A stretch of 64,000 nucleotides of DNA, taken from a virus (Duplodnaviria > Caudoviricetes). The notes under the pieces are model-generated. The model was not told the DNA's origin, did not search any database, and saw only the letters and a list, made by a program, of their open reading frames with translations. The stretch is taken from the IMG/VR virus record IMGVR_UViG_3300005541_000010, positions 825 to 64,824 of that record, one strand, 5' to 3'. Numbering within the stretch: the stretch's first letter is position 1; each line of letters begins with the position of its first letter. The position numbers were made by a program, and so were the translations under genes. Below, piece by piece: positions 34,074-44,752 of this stretch.

Positions 34074-35477
34074 ATGTCTGTTTCCATCGACAGCGGACCG
34101 TGCATCATCTCCGGGTTCCAGAACCCGCAGCAGAACGACAACCCGGAAGCGGGCCCGAGCTTCAACTTTGCCGGCGAGGGCCTGCTCGACCCGCGCTTCG
34201 AGTTGTCGATCGGCCAGGCGCCGAACTACGGTAAGGTCTTCGGACTCTATTCGAACCCGCAGATCACGCTCCTGGACGCCTTCCCGCAGGCGCCGAACGC
34301 CTCCGGTATCGCCACGCTCGCCTCCGGAGCGGTGGTGCCTACGCCGGCATCCGGCGGCTTGGCTGTCACGCTGTCCACGACCAACGCGCTGGGCTTCGCG
34401 ATCGCGGTGCCCGTATGCCCGTGGACGACCACGCGCAACACCGCCAATCCCACCGGAGACGGCAAGGTGTCCGGCTACGGCCTGTCGTCCACCCCGCCGG
34501 CCTTCGTGGCGGCGAACGTCGTGACCGCGACCGCGCTGGACTTCGGCGCGGCGATCTTCACCTTGCCGGCGACCGGCACGACCACCCCGACCACGCTGTC
34601 GAACAACACCAGCTCCCCCGGAGCTGTGGCACCCGGCACGCAGTCCGCGCAAGCCTTCCCGGCCAACCAGATCCTGACCGTGCTCGCGCAGTCGGTCACG
34701 AACTGGAAGAATCCGCTGAAGTTCTACCTGCCAGGCACCTTCGTGATCGTGCCTGGGGCCGGCAATGCTGCGGGCACGTCGTGCCTCGTCGCGCAGATCG
34801 TCGCGCTCGACTACGTGAACAACTACATGGTCATCAACACCCCGGTGCTGAACACCGCCGCGAACAACACCGGCGTCGGCGTCGGCACCGCGGACCCGCT
34901 GGGTGTGGCCGCGTGGCCGTGGCAACGCCTGGGCGCCTGCGCCGCCGCGGACCCAGCGCAGATGGTCGCGCGCACGATTACGGTGACTACCTCCAACGCC
35001 GGTGACGCCAACATCGTCTGCACCATCCAGGGCTTCGACATTTGGGGCCAGCCGATGACCGAGCAGATCACGACTGCTTCGGCGGCTGCGCAGGCCGGGG
35101 TGAAGGCGTGGAAGTACATCACCGCCATCACCGTCTCCAAGGCCGGTGGCGTGACCACGACCGCGAACATCACCTTCGGCACGGGCCTGACCACCACGGG
35201 CGCTTTCGGCTTCCCGGTGCGCATCGACCAGTTCGAGTACCTGTCCTTGTTCGTGAACGCGGCCTATGTGACGGCGAACACCGGCTTTACCGCAGGACTC
35301 GCCTTTACGACCAACCCGGCCACCTACACCTCGGCGGACAACCGCGGCACGTACGCGATGCAGACGGCCCCCTCGGGTGCGGTCCACCTGGCGGTCTACG
35401 CGAATATCCCGTCCTATCAGGGCGCGGGATCGAACCTCCTGAACTACGCGCAGCTCTTTGGGCTGACGCAGACGTAG
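34074..35477 (+). CDS. Structural protein (T/A/G-rich)
   Basis: 467 aa, beta-rich, follows the MCP. Confidence 0.6.
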   Translation: MSVSIDSGPCIISGFQNPQQNDNPEAGPSFNFAGEGLLDPRFELSIGQAPNYGKVFGLYSNPQITLLDAFPQAPNASGIATLASGAVVPTPASGGLAVTLSTTNALGFAIAVPVCPWTTTRNTANPTGDGKVSGYGLSSTPPAFVAANVVTATALDFGAAIFTLPATGTTTPTTLSNNTSSPGAVAPGTQSAQAFPANQILTVLAQSVTNWKNPLKFYLPGTFVIVPGAGNAAGTSCLVAQIVALDYVNNYMVINTPVLNTAANNTGVGVGTADPLGVAAWPWQRLGACAAADPAQMVARTITVTTSNAGDANIVCTIQGFDIWGQPMTEQITTASAAAQAGVKAWKYITAITVSKAGGVTTTANITFGTGLTTTGAFGFPVRIDQFEYLSLFVNAAYVTANTGFTAGLAFTTNPATYTSADNRGTYAMQTAPSGAVHLAVYANIPSYQGAGSNLLNYAQLFGLTQT

Positions 35478-35492
35478 GAGGCGCGCCAGAGC

Positions 35493-36128
35493 ATGCGCCC
35501 AGTCATCTTCTCGCGGGCGCTCGTCGCCGGGGCGACTGGCGCCATTTGCGCGTCCCAAACCACCGCTGGGGCTGGCCCCCTGCTGATCAACGGCACGCTC
35601 GCCAGCGGGGGCGTGGCGACACTGGATGTGCAGCGCACCATCGCCATCACCTCCGGCGGCAACGACGCGGCCGTCATCTTCACGGTCAAGGGCACCGACC
35701 AGCAGGGCCGTCCGATTGGCGAAACGATCACCGGCGTGAGCACGAATACCGTTTCTTCGGTGCTGAATTACCTGACTGTCACCTCGATCACCGCCTCCGC
35801 GGCCGTCGTGAACGCAGTCACCGTCGATACAGTGGGCACTGGGGCGTCCCAGGAAGTAGTGCTCGATTTGTACCTGACGCCGCTGAACGCCGCGATCACC
35901 TGCACGCTGGTGTCGGGCGCGGCGAACGTCACGATGCAGTACACTACGGACAACATCTTCGACGGCACGAACGGCCCCTACGGCTGGACGACGGTCACGG
36001 GCCTATCCGGCATCTCCGCGACCACCTACGGGTCGATCACGACTCCGGCCACGGCGCTGCGGCTCCTGACCAACTCCGGCACGGGGACCTTCCGCGTGGC
36101 CGTCGCACAGGCCGGTATCTTCGGATAA
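35493..36128 (+). CDS. Structural protein
   Basis: 211 aa, beta-rich, AGGAGG SD. Confidence 0.6.
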   Translation: MRPVIFSRALVAGATGAICASQTTAGAGPLLINGTLASGGVATLDVQRTIAITSGGNDAAVIFTVKGTDQQGRPIGETITGVSTNTVSSVLNYLTVTSITASAAVVNAVTVDTVGTGASQEVVLDLYLTPLNAAITCTLVSGAANVTMQYTTDNIFDGTNGPYGWTTVTGLSGISATTYGSITTPATALRLLTNSGTGTFRVAVAQAGIFG

Positions 36129-36137
36129 GGAACGAAC

Positions 36138-37088
36138 ATGGGCACCAAACTCACGCACGGCAACGAGTTCCACTTCCCCAGTGAGCACGGCTTCAGCGGC
36201 TCCTGCGGGGGCTCGGCCGTCAAGGGCTACATGCGCGGCGGACATATCAAGTCTGGCACACGCACCGCTGACCCGAAGAAATTCCCGGCCGGCACGCCGC
36301 CAAAGGCGACCGTTAGCAAGAAGACCACCCCGCACGCCTACGCGAAGGGCGGTAAGACGCGCGACGAGCACAAGGACTACGACGACCGTAACGACGGACC
36401 AGACAAGGCCGACTACCCGGAGGCTGGCACCCGAACGCACCCGGAGGGATACGCGAAGGGCGGCATGCACATCAACCCCGAGCACCGCGGCAAGTTCACG
36501 CGCCGCATGGGCGAGAAGCCTGGGCACCTGACCGGCAAAGCGGTCGAGCGCGGATTGCACGCCAAGTCCGGCGAGGTGCGCAAGGAAGCCAACTTCGCGC
36601 GTATGGCGCGGCGCGGGTTCAAGCCGCTGGCCAAGGGCGGCGAGATTGAGCGCGAGGAACTGCACGAGCCAGGCGGCACCAAGAGCGAACCGTATGAGGC
36701 TGCGGCGCGCGGTGGACGCATCGGCAAAGCGCGCGGTGGACAGCCGGAGATTCGTGCCGGTCACATCAGCATGAAGTCCGAGCGACGCGAGACCGAGCAC
36801 GACCACAAGGGTGTCCGTAAGGAGCACCAGATCCACAAGGAGCACCATGGCAAGGCGGAGAAGCGCGGCGGCCACTCGACCCCGCATCCCTTCGCGTATG
36901 GCGGTCGCATGCCCGGTCCCGTAATGGGCGCCAAACACCGCAGCCGCGGCATGAATCCGATGGTCAGTGCAGCCGCGCCGGGCGTCCTGCGCGCACCGAT
37001 GGCCGTCCCACCGCCTGGTCTCGGGGCCTTGGGTGGGGGCGCACCCGGTGGTGGTATGCCTGGCATGAAGCGCGGGGGACGCCGGTAA
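36138..37088 (+). CDS. Basic low-complexity protein with nine xx(K/R/Y)GG motifs
   Basis: YMRGG, YAKGG x2, LAKGG, AARGG, KARGG, EKRGG, FAYGG, MKRGG; also an INPEHRGKF...RKEANFAR module. Confidence 0.75.
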   Translation: MGTKLTHGNEFHFPSEHGFSGSCGGSAVKGYMRGGHIKSGTRTADPKKFPAGTPPKATVSKKTTPHAYAKGGKTRDEHKDYDDRNDGPDKADYPEAGTRTHPEGYAKGGMHINPEHRGKFTRRMGEKPGHLTGKAVERGLHAKSGEVRKEANFARMARRGFKPLAKGGEIEREELHEPGGTKSEPYEAAARGGRIGKARGGQPEIRAGHISMKSERRETEHDHKGVRKEHQIHKEHHGKAEKRGGHSTPHPFAYGGRMPGPVMGAKHRSRGMNPMVSAAAPGVLRAPMAVPPPGLGALGGGAPGGGMPGMKRGGRR

Positions 37089-38354
37089 ATGGCTTCCTTC
37101 GCCAGCGGCACCCAATCGAGCATCCTGCAGCTGCTGTTCCAGGCGGTGACCTGGACCAGCATCGCGCAGAACACATCTGTGTCGCCCGCGACAAACCTGT
37201 ACATCTCACTGCACAACGCGGACCCCGGCGAGAACGGCAACCAGGGCACGAACGAGACGGTGTACTCCAGCTACGCGCGCGTGGCCGTCGTGCGCACGAA
37301 CACCGGCTTCACGGTCAGTGGCACCGCGCCCGCGATCGCGACCAACGCCGCGGCCGTGAACTTCTCGCAGTGCGGCGTCACGGGTGACACCATTACGCAC
37401 TTTGGCGTGGGACTGGCCGCCTCCGGCACCGGCACCTTGATTGGCTCCGGTCCGGTCGGCTCCGGTCCCGCGCTCGAGTTCACCGGCACCTCCGCCTCCC
37501 CTGGCGTACTCACCATCCCGAACTCCGCCTACGCGGTCAACAACCGCGTGTCGTGCTACCCGACGCAGACCGGCACCTTGCCATCCGGCATCACCGAAGG
37601 CGTCGTGTACTACGTCGGCACGGTCGCGGGCCAGGCGATCACCCTGTCCACAACGTCCGCGAACGGCAGCCCGGTCAATACGTCATCGGTCGGTGCCGGC
37701 GTCATCATCGGGCAGACCCCGCTCCTCGTCTCGCAGAACATCACGCCATCGTTCGCGATCGGCGCCTTGCAGCTGAAACTCTGGTAGGAAACAACCATGT
37801 CAAGCAACACCTGGTGGCAAACCCTCACGACCGCGCAGGTTGCCGGTAACACACTCACGGCGGCCTCCGCCGCCTCGATGCTGCCGCCGGCCGCGCGCTT
37901 CACCTTCCCCGCGGGGCTCATGAAGATCGGCGACCAGTTCCGCATCACCGCGAGCGGGATCATCTCCTGCGTCGTGACCACGCCTGGCACGGCGCGCTTC
38001 GACATCCGCGTCGGCGCCGCGGTCGTCTTCGACACGCAGGCGATGAACTTGAACACCACCGCGCAGACAACCGTGCCGTGGTGGCTCGATCTTCTCCTCA
38101 CCTGCCGCTCGATCGGCAACTCCACCAATGCCACGCTCATAGGGCAGGGCGCCTGGTCGAGCATCGCCGTCGTCGGCTCGCCCGCGGCTTCCGCAGGCGG
38201 TAACGGCCAGTTCGACGTGCCGGTCTCGGGTGGCGTCGTGGTGGGCGCGGGTTTCGATTCGACCGTCTCGAACGTCTTCGACTCGTTCTTCACGCAGACC
38301 GTGGGCACCGGTTCGATGACGCTGCAGCAGTACAACCTGGCCTACCTGACCTGA
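37089..38354 (+). CDS. Fibre/adsorption cassette A, genes 37089-37787 and 37797-38354
   Basis: LYISLHNADPG...YARVAV family; second gene paralogous to 52097-52687. Confidence 0.65.
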
Positions 38355-38422
38355 TCTAGGTCAGACTGTGTGCTCACCAGGAGCATGCTGACGGACGGCA
38401 ACTTTGCGTTGCTCAAAACCCT

Positions 38423-38451
38423 GTGCCCGCCTTCGCGCGGGCACTTTTTTT
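38423..38451 (+). terminator. Intrinsic terminator
   Basis: GTGCCCGC-CTTCGC-GCGGGCAC followed by T7. Confidence 0.85.
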
Positions 38452-38464
38452 CGTGAGGGCGTAG

Positions 38465-40105
38465 ATGTCCTGGCTCGGTGTATCGAATCGGTCCATTTCG
38501 CCAGTTGGTGGGGGTGGCGGCTACACGTTTGCCGGAGTGCCGCAACCGGCACAGGTGGCGTTGTTCTACGGCGGCTCCCCGCAGCAGGCGGTTCAAAACG
38601 TCACGACGCTCGCCGGTCTGCCGTGTCAGACAGTGCTGCCGCAGTACAATCTGCTGCTGCTTGGTCAGTATTTCGCCGTTGAATCAATTTACGGGTTTAC
38701 CTTCCAGTCGTTGTTCGCTGGCCTTAAGGCTACGGCGTCCAACAATGGCATTGCGCAGAAGTGCTTCCTGTATACGAACGGGATGGGAGCTGCGCTCAAC
38801 AGCACAGCGTCGTGGTGGGACTGGCTCGCGCAGGCGCAGATCGCCGCAAACATGCTGGCATACACGTCGCTGTCCGGCAGTGGGACCACCAACGCGCTGC
38901 CCTACGACGGTTTTCCTGGGGCCGGATGGCAGCAATGGACTTCGTTCAACGTTCAGCAAATGCCGCAGGTGACGATCAGCGGCAACCCCGTTCCGGCTGA
39001 TTTGGTCGGGCTCGACGTTTGGCATCTATATGCAAGATATTGGACTGACAGCTTGGTCAATGGACTCGGTCAATCCAAGTATCACGAAGCACACAATCTC
39101 GCTGCCGACTCCTCGCTCGATGGGATCTATTACGACAACCTGTCTGCCACCCTACAGGCGGTCGGGTCGTCAGCAGCGAACTGGATGGGTTTTACTAATC
39201 CACTGGTGCAGTGGCCGAGCACGCCTAACAGCGGAGTGGTTGCGAGCGCGCACCAGGCGCTGCAACAAGGGCATGCCAATGCGGTGGCTGCGTTCAAGGC
39301 AATAAATCCGAATCTGATGATCATTGCGAATGGCGCGGCCAGCATCCAAGGCACTGCAGGAAACCCTGGGCTATCTAGGATTTACCAATCGGCCGGCTTT
39401 GATGCGTGGGAAGCGCAGTACGCATTCGGGGCGAGTTTTGCATTAGAGTCATTTGACAACAGCCCCCCCGGCGCGTTCATGCAGTGGCTCTCCTACGCGC
39501 GGACGTTTTGCAACCCCGGCGGCGTCATCATCTTCGAGGCCGGCGGCTTCCCCGGTGGTGGAGTCGGCAAGTTAGGCACTGCGCAGTCAAGTTGGTCCGC
39601 TGCGGACTGGAGTGGTCTGCGGATGATGGTGGCCGCTGGCATCATAGGGGACCACTGGTTCGCGCCCAATGTTGTAAACGGCATCGGCCCAGCCAATGCG
39701 CTGCTGTGGGACGAAATGCGGCAGGCGGCAAACAACAACGCTCTCGCTTTCAACTGGCTCGGGACCGCGCTCGACCCGCCGCAGTTGGGTCCTTGGGCGA
39801 CGTTCACGAGTGCCAATGGTAATAACGTCGGCATCTGGCGGCGCCGCTTCATAAATGGTGTCGCGCTGTGGATGCCGCGGCAAGTGAACGGTAACGGGAA
39901 CCTGGACGCCAGCGATTCTGTCGCGGTCACTAACGTAGGGACCGGGCTCTTCTACTGCGCGTCACAAACCCCTGTGGGCGCGACGATGGCCTACGGAGAT
40001 ACCACCGTGAATACAGGAGCTGCGATCAGCTCCGCTAACGGCGGCACGGTCACGATGCAGAATTATGGTTACGGTGCCGGCCTGGTGTTGAGGCAGGGGA
40101 CATGA
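38465..40105 (+). CDS. Putative glycoside hydrolase / depolymerase (GHL15-like)
   Basis: TIM-barrel-like DGIYYDNL...NLMIIANG and C-terminal GIWRRRFINGVALWMP; codon usage less GC-biased. Confidence 0.6.
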   Translation: MSWLGVSNRSISPVGGGGGYTFAGVPQPAQVALFYGGSPQQAVQNVTTLAGLPCQTVLPQYNLLLLGQYFAVESIYGFTFQSLFAGLKATASNNGIAQKCFLYTNGMGAALNSTASWWDWLAQAQIAANMLAYTSLSGSGTTNALPYDGFPGAGWQQWTSFNVQQMPQVTISGNPVPADLVGLDVWHLYARYWTDSLVNGLGQSKYHEAHNLAADSSLDGIYYDNLSATLQAVGSSAANWMGFTNPLVQWPSTPNSGVVASAHQALQQGHANAVAAFKAINPNLMIIANGAASIQGTAGNPGLSRIYQSAGFDAWEAQYAFGASFALESFDNSPPGAFMQWLSYARTFCNPGGVIIFEAGGFPGGGVGKLGTAQSSWSAADWSGLRMMVAAGIIGDHWFAPNVVNGIGPANALLWDEMRQAANNNALAFNWLGTALDPPQLGPWATFTSANGNNVGIWRRRFINGVALWMPRQVNGNGNLDASDSVAVTNVGTGLFYCASQTPVGATMAYGDTTVNTGAAISSANGGTVTMQNYGYGAGLVLRQGT

Positions 40106-42060
40106 AGCCATCCCTGCAGCAAGTCCAACTGCCAACCTCCAACACGACGTTCAACGTCACCGACCCCCTGATTTCCAATGATTGGAAGGGCGCGCTTATG
40201 TGGGGTGGCGCCCCGACGGCAAACGCAACTATCACGGCCGGCATGGGGTTTTGGATCGGGGCCTGCGACTCAGCCGGTGGCAACGTCAATTTTGTGCAAA
40301 ATGCCCAGGACGCGGTGACCGCAGGTCCTGGCGATACTTCTCAGTGGAGCGGGTGCTCCGCGACAACTGCTATCAGGCTTTTGTCCAATACCTTAGGCGC
40401 CGTGAGCCTTTCCGGCGGCTACAACGCCACGCTGCCGAACGGCGTGCAACTGGCGCTGGCCTCGAACGACGGCATCGCCCACGTGGCCAATGTCCTCATG
40501 TTTGCCGGCAGCGACTGGGAATTTCGCGTCAGCAGCACCACCATTTCAGGCTCCAACACGAGTGCCATCGTCACGCACAACCTGACCGGCGTCCCGACCG
40601 GCGTGATGGTGGTGTGGGCCGGCAACAATTCGGTACTGGATGCGGTGGGCCACCACAACTTTTCGATGGCGTTTTTCGATGGCGCCAATTCGGTCGGCAT
40701 GGGGTCGGGGATTGGTTACGAGACCACGCCGACGAAGGTTGCGGCACGGGTCGGCACGGCGGACATGGGGCATGAGATTACCGGCGGCACGTCGGACAAC
40801 ACGACCTACACGATCAGCTCGGTCGGCCCCTCGACACTCACTCTGGCGCGGGGCTCACAGACCGGCGTCGCGACGACTGCGATCATCATTGCATTCCGAA
40901 ACCTGACATCGACAGCCGCGGCCGCCGCCGTTGTCGGCACGACGCCGACCACCACGGGCACGCATGCGGTCAATATCGGCATGCCGGTGGCACCGCAGGT
41001 GTGGCTGAATCTGACGAGCCGGGCCACGGTCACGACGCTGGTCACCAACGACAGCGCCGGGGCCTGGGGCTTCAGTGCCGCGGTCAACAACAACGGCACC
41101 ACGCAGTACGGCGCCAACGTTGGGACGTTTGAAAGCGCCGTCACCACTACGGTCGCCAAGACCCAGTCGAGCAACGCCCAAGCCTCGATGGCGCTCGGGG
41201 ATACGGGCGCGGCGATCTTCACCTCGAGCGTGCAGTCCTGGAATGCGGACGGCGTCTCGGAGAACGTGAGCACGGCCGGGTCCGCCTACGAGCGCATCAG
41301 CCTCGTGTTCGGCGTGCAGCCCACCTCGCAGGCGAGCACCGCCGCTCCCGGCCCCGGCATCTCCCCGGTCGCCCAGGCGCAGTTCCAGTCCTTCCCCTTC
41401 AGCAACGCCAATGCGCTGCAACCGTATTTCCCGCCGCCGACCTCGAATGCGCCGCTTCTGTCACTGCTTTGGGGTCCGGGTAACTCGCCCAATCCGCAAA
41501 CGCAGTTCGAGCGCTTCCCGTTCAGTACGTTGCCGCCGGTTGTCAACATCCAGATCAACGGCCTATTGGTATCCAACTCGACCGCCTTCGGGCCGCTGGG
41601 TCTCGCGGCCTTGCAAGTCGGCCAACCGCTCGGTCAGCCAAGCCCCGGCGTGCAACCGTACGCCGACAGCCAGTTCCGCATGTTTCCCTTTTCGAACAGC
41701 GCGGCGAACACGACTGCCTTCCTGCAAGCCATCCTGCAGTCGAACTCGCTGTTCTACGGCACACTCGTCGGCGCCGGTTCTTTGGGGGCGATCGCTCCGC
41801 CGAACTCGACTTTCTTTGGCTTCCTCACCCCGATCACCCTAGGGCAGATTACGGGACTATGGCAGTCCAACTCCACGGTGTATGCGAACCTCACCGGCAT
41901 CGGCAACATCGCCGGGTTGTCCTTGAGCAACTCGCTCCTGTCGGCACTGAAAATCGGCTCCGGCTTCCAGCCGCTGGTGCCGAATACCCCTGTTCTTGAC
42001 GTGCGTACGGATACCGGGTATGAACCGTGGAGCGTTCGCCCTGGGAAGACCATCGGGTAG
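40102..42060 (+). CDS. Fibre/spike-like structural protein
   Basis: 652 aa, T/S/A/G-rich, repeated QFxxFPFS motifs in the C-terminal part. Confidence 0.55.
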   Translation: MKPSLQQVQLPTSNTTFNVTDPLISNDWKGALMWGGAPTANATITAGMGFWIGACDSAGGNVNFVQNAQDAVTAGPGDTSQWSGCSATTAIRLLSNTLGAVSLSGGYNATLPNGVQLALASNDGIAHVANVLMFAGSDWEFRVSSTTISGSNTSAIVTHNLTGVPTGVMVVWAGNNSVLDAVGHHNFSMAFFDGANSVGMGSGIGYETTPTKVAARVGTADMGHEITGGTSDNTTYTISSVGPSTLTLARGSQTGVATTAIIIAFRNLTSTAAAAAVVGTTPTTTGTHAVNIGMPVAPQVWLNLTSRATVTTLVTNDSAGAWGFSAAVNNNGTTQYGANVGTFESAVTTTVAKTQSSNAQASMALGDTGAAIFTSSVQSWNADGVSENVSTAGSAYERISLVFGVQPTSQASTAAPGPGISPVAQAQFQSFPFSNANALQPYFPPPTSNAPLLSLLWGPGNSPNPQTQFERFPFSTLPPVVNIQINGLLVSNSTAFGPLGLAALQVGQPLGQPSPGVQPYADSQFRMFPFSNSAANTTAFLQAILQSNSLFYGTLVGAGSLGAIAPPNSTFFGFLTPITLGQITGLWQSNSTVYANLTGIGNIAGLSLSNSLLSALKIGSGFQPLVPNTPVLDVRTDTGYEPWSVRPGKTIG

Positions 42061-42071
42061 ACGCGGTAGCT

Positions 42072-42113
42072 GGGCTGCGCGTAACCGCAGCGGCCCTCGT
42101 TCAACCGAGGGCC
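42072..42113 (+). promoter_or_regulatory. 42-nt double-hairpin element, copy 1
   Basis: GCTGCG/CGCAGC plus GGCCCTCG-TTCAAC-CGAGGGCC, covering the SD of 42115. Confidence 0.7.
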
Positions 42114-42114
42114 C

Positions 42115-43503
42115 ATGACACTACTCGTCGGCGACACTAACTTCACCGGATACTCAGGCCCCGGTCCGTCCAATACGGACGGCGCCTACATCGCGGCGTT
42201 GCCGTTCGTCGCCCAAGCCACGGGACTCGCGGTCACGCTGAACGCTTGGATCACGCCCGGCACGGCGTCCACCTTCGTGATGGGCCTCTACGACGGGGTG
42301 CTGCAGCAACTCGCGCTGTCTGCCACGCTCACGCTCCAGACCGCGGGACTGGCCACCTTCCCGATCAGCGCGCCGACGGTCGCCGGGCGCGCCTACCAGA
42401 TCCTCCTGGCGCCGGTCGGCGTGGGCACGTTCCAGTTCGGGGTTGATCTCACAACTCCCACCCAGGCGAACCACGTCGCCAATGGCGCCGCTATCCAGCT
42501 CACCGGACCCGTCCCTACCCCCTATGGCGCGCCGGCCTTCTACGTCGATGGGGACGCGCAGGCGCAGATCATCGCGACCTCCGGCACCATCCAGGACGTT
42601 TTCGACACCGGTAAGATTATCGCGCGCGCCTTCAACCGCTGCCGCGTGCCGTCGGCGAAGATTTCCGACGAACTCGTACACGTGGCCAAGGACGAGCTCT
42701 ACCTGCTCTTGGTGGGCCTCGCGAACGGCCCAACGCCCCTGTGGGCGATCGAGACCGACCTCTTTGGTTTCACGCAAGGTACGGCCGGCGTCGTGATGCC
42801 GTTCTCAACCGTGGACCTGAAGAATGTGAACTACCGGCAGATGTCGGTACTGCAGAGCGGCTCGGCGACTTACGCACCGCCGACGCCCACCCAGGTACCG
42901 ACCATCGGCATCACCTGGTCAGGACCGGCTGGACCCTTCCAAGTGCTGATGAACGGCCAGGCGTTGCTGTCGGAAACGCCGAACGCCTATGCCGGTCAGA
43001 CTACCTTCTACGACCTCGACGGCAGTGTCCCCGCGTCGCAATGGAGCGTGGTGGGCAGCAACATCGGCAGCGTGTCGTTCTTTTCACAGCTCTACGAAAT
43101 CCCGATGTATCCATATTCGCGTGACGAGTGGAGCCAGCTGCCAAATCGCGCCTTCCCCGGCACGCCGCGCCAGTTCTGGTTCGAGCGGTCGATGACGCCA
43201 ACCATTCACCTGTGGCCGGTGCCGCAACTCGCCGACCAGCAAAGCGGGTGCCTGGTGGTCTTCCGCCACCGCCACATCCAGGACGTGGGCACGCTTACGC
43301 AGCGCATCGAAGTCCCGCCGCGCTGGCTGCCGGCCATCATTGACGGACTAGCGGAAAGTCTCGCGCGGCACCCGGAAGCCGACCCCGGCATGCTCGCGGT
43401 CTGTCAGACCTACGCGGCGAAATCCCTCGCAGCCGCCAAGGGCGAGGAACGCGAGAACGCGCCCACCAAGATCGTGCCGCAAATTTGGGGGTACACGCGA
43501 TGA
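42115..43503 (+). CDS. Head-tail adaptor protein with N-terminal extension
   Basis: IIARAFNRC...LANGPTPLWAI...SRDEWSQLPN...GTP.Q.WF.R....LWPVP...EVPPRW..AI..GLA. Confidence 0.7.
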   Translation: MTLLVGDTNFTGYSGPGPSNTDGAYIAALPFVAQATGLAVTLNAWITPGTASTFVMGLYDGVLQQLALSATLTLQTAGLATFPISAPTVAGRAYQILLAPVGVGTFQFGVDLTTPTQANHVANGAAIQLTGPVPTPYGAPAFYVDGDAQAQIIATSGTIQDVFDTGKIIARAFNRCRVPSAKISDELVHVAKDELYLLLVGLANGPTPLWAIETDLFGFTQGTAGVVMPFSTVDLKNVNYRQMSVLQSGSATYAPPTPTQVPTIGITWSGPAGPFQVLMNGQALLSETPNAYAGQTTFYDLDGSVPASQWSVVGSNIGSVSFFSQLYEIPMYPYSRDEWSQLPNRAFPGTPRQFWFERSMTPTIHLWPVPQLADQQSGCLVVFRHRHIQDVGTLTQRIEVPPRWLPAIIDGLAESLARHPEADPGMLAVCQTYAAKSLAAAKGEERENAPTKIVPQIWGYTR

Positions 43504-43811
43504 CGTGGTTCCTCAAGCCGGACGGGCATGCCACCTACGGCATCGGCATCTGTGCGCGCTGCGCGAAGAAGTTCTTCATTGACGAACTCTACGACGATCC
43601 GAACGCGCCGGGCCTGAAGGTGTGCCGTGAGGATATGGACCAGCTCGACCCTTACCGTCTGCCGCCGCGGCCACCCGACCAGATCACGCTGCTATTCACA
43701 CGCCCGGACGTGCCCGTGGATAACCCGAACCCGATCGGGCCTGGCGATCCGGGTTGGCCGCCTGCGGATGCGACCACCACCACCGGCTCAGATACCCTCG
43801 AAGGAACCTAA
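43500..43811 (+). CDS. Conserved small CxxC virion-module protein
   Basis: ICARCAKKF...L..DPNAPGLKVC..D.D..DPY....RPD. Confidence 0.7.
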   Translation: MTWFLKPDGHATYGIGICARCAKKFFIDELYDDPNAPGLKVCREDMDQLDPYRLPPRPPDQITLLFTRPDVPVDNPNPIGPGDPGWPPADATTTTGSDTLEGT

Positions 43812-44752
43812 ATGGCCACCGCAGTCAAGCGCCAATACTCCAAGAGCATCGGCACAACGGCCGTGCAGATCGGTTCGTACGCCGCGCCTTCGGTCACCAC
43901 GGGCGTCTACGTCACCGGCCTCGTCGTGGCCAACACCACCGCCGGCACCGTCTTCGCCTCGGTCGCCATCTACGACGGCACGAACTACGCCTATCTGTGC
44001 CAGAACACGCCCGTGCCGACCGGCGCCAGCATCAACGTCGTCAACAACAACAACCGCCAGGCCCTCAATGCCGGCGACAAGGTGTTCGTGACCTCGAACG
44101 TGGCGCTGTCGCTGGATGTGAACATGAGCGTCGCGGAGATTCAATAATGCTCGGCCCTGACCCGTCTCCAGCCGGCCAAAACGTCTTTGTTGGCACGATC
44201 CTGCTGATCGGCGGCAACGGGCAGATCATCGCCTCACTCTCGTCCGCGGGCCTGCAATTTGGCAACGGCACGGACGTTGCCCCGATCGCCTGGCGCGGGG
44301 AGTGGGACTTCGGCGGCGCGGCCGGTACGCCCGGCCAGGTACTGGTGACGAACGGCCCTGGTCTGACGCCCAACTGGGGGTCCACCGCTACGCTGGCCGA
44401 CAGCGTGAACAACGCCGGCACGGTCAGCACCGGGGTGGTCGCGGCGAACGCCTTCAACAGCAACGTGACGGAAGTCACGCTCGCCGGCTTCATCACGATC
44501 AACATTACCAACATCGCGCTGACCCAAAACACCGCGCAGAACTGCATGCTGGTGCTGATCCAGGACGCCACCGGCAGCCGTCCGTTGCCGACCATCTGGC
44601 TGAACGGCTCCGTGGCCACGGTCAAGTGGGACAACGGCATCACGCCGGTGCTCACGACGACGCCCGGTAAGACTGACATCATTCAGATCACCGCCGTGAA
44701 CATCGCAGGCGTAATCACCCTCTACGGCGCCCAGGTGATTGGAGCCGCGTGA
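43812..44752 (+). CDS. Two structural genes (43812-44147, 44147-44752)
   Basis: Beta-rich; second ends in an LIQDATGSR...W...P.LTTT.GKTDII fibre-type domain. Confidence 0.65.

Noticed and set aside
38355-38430. c-di-GMP-I riboswitch on the minus strand
   Set aside because: Only ACGCAAAG matches; the GNRA/receptor stems are missing and no gene lies downstream on that strand.
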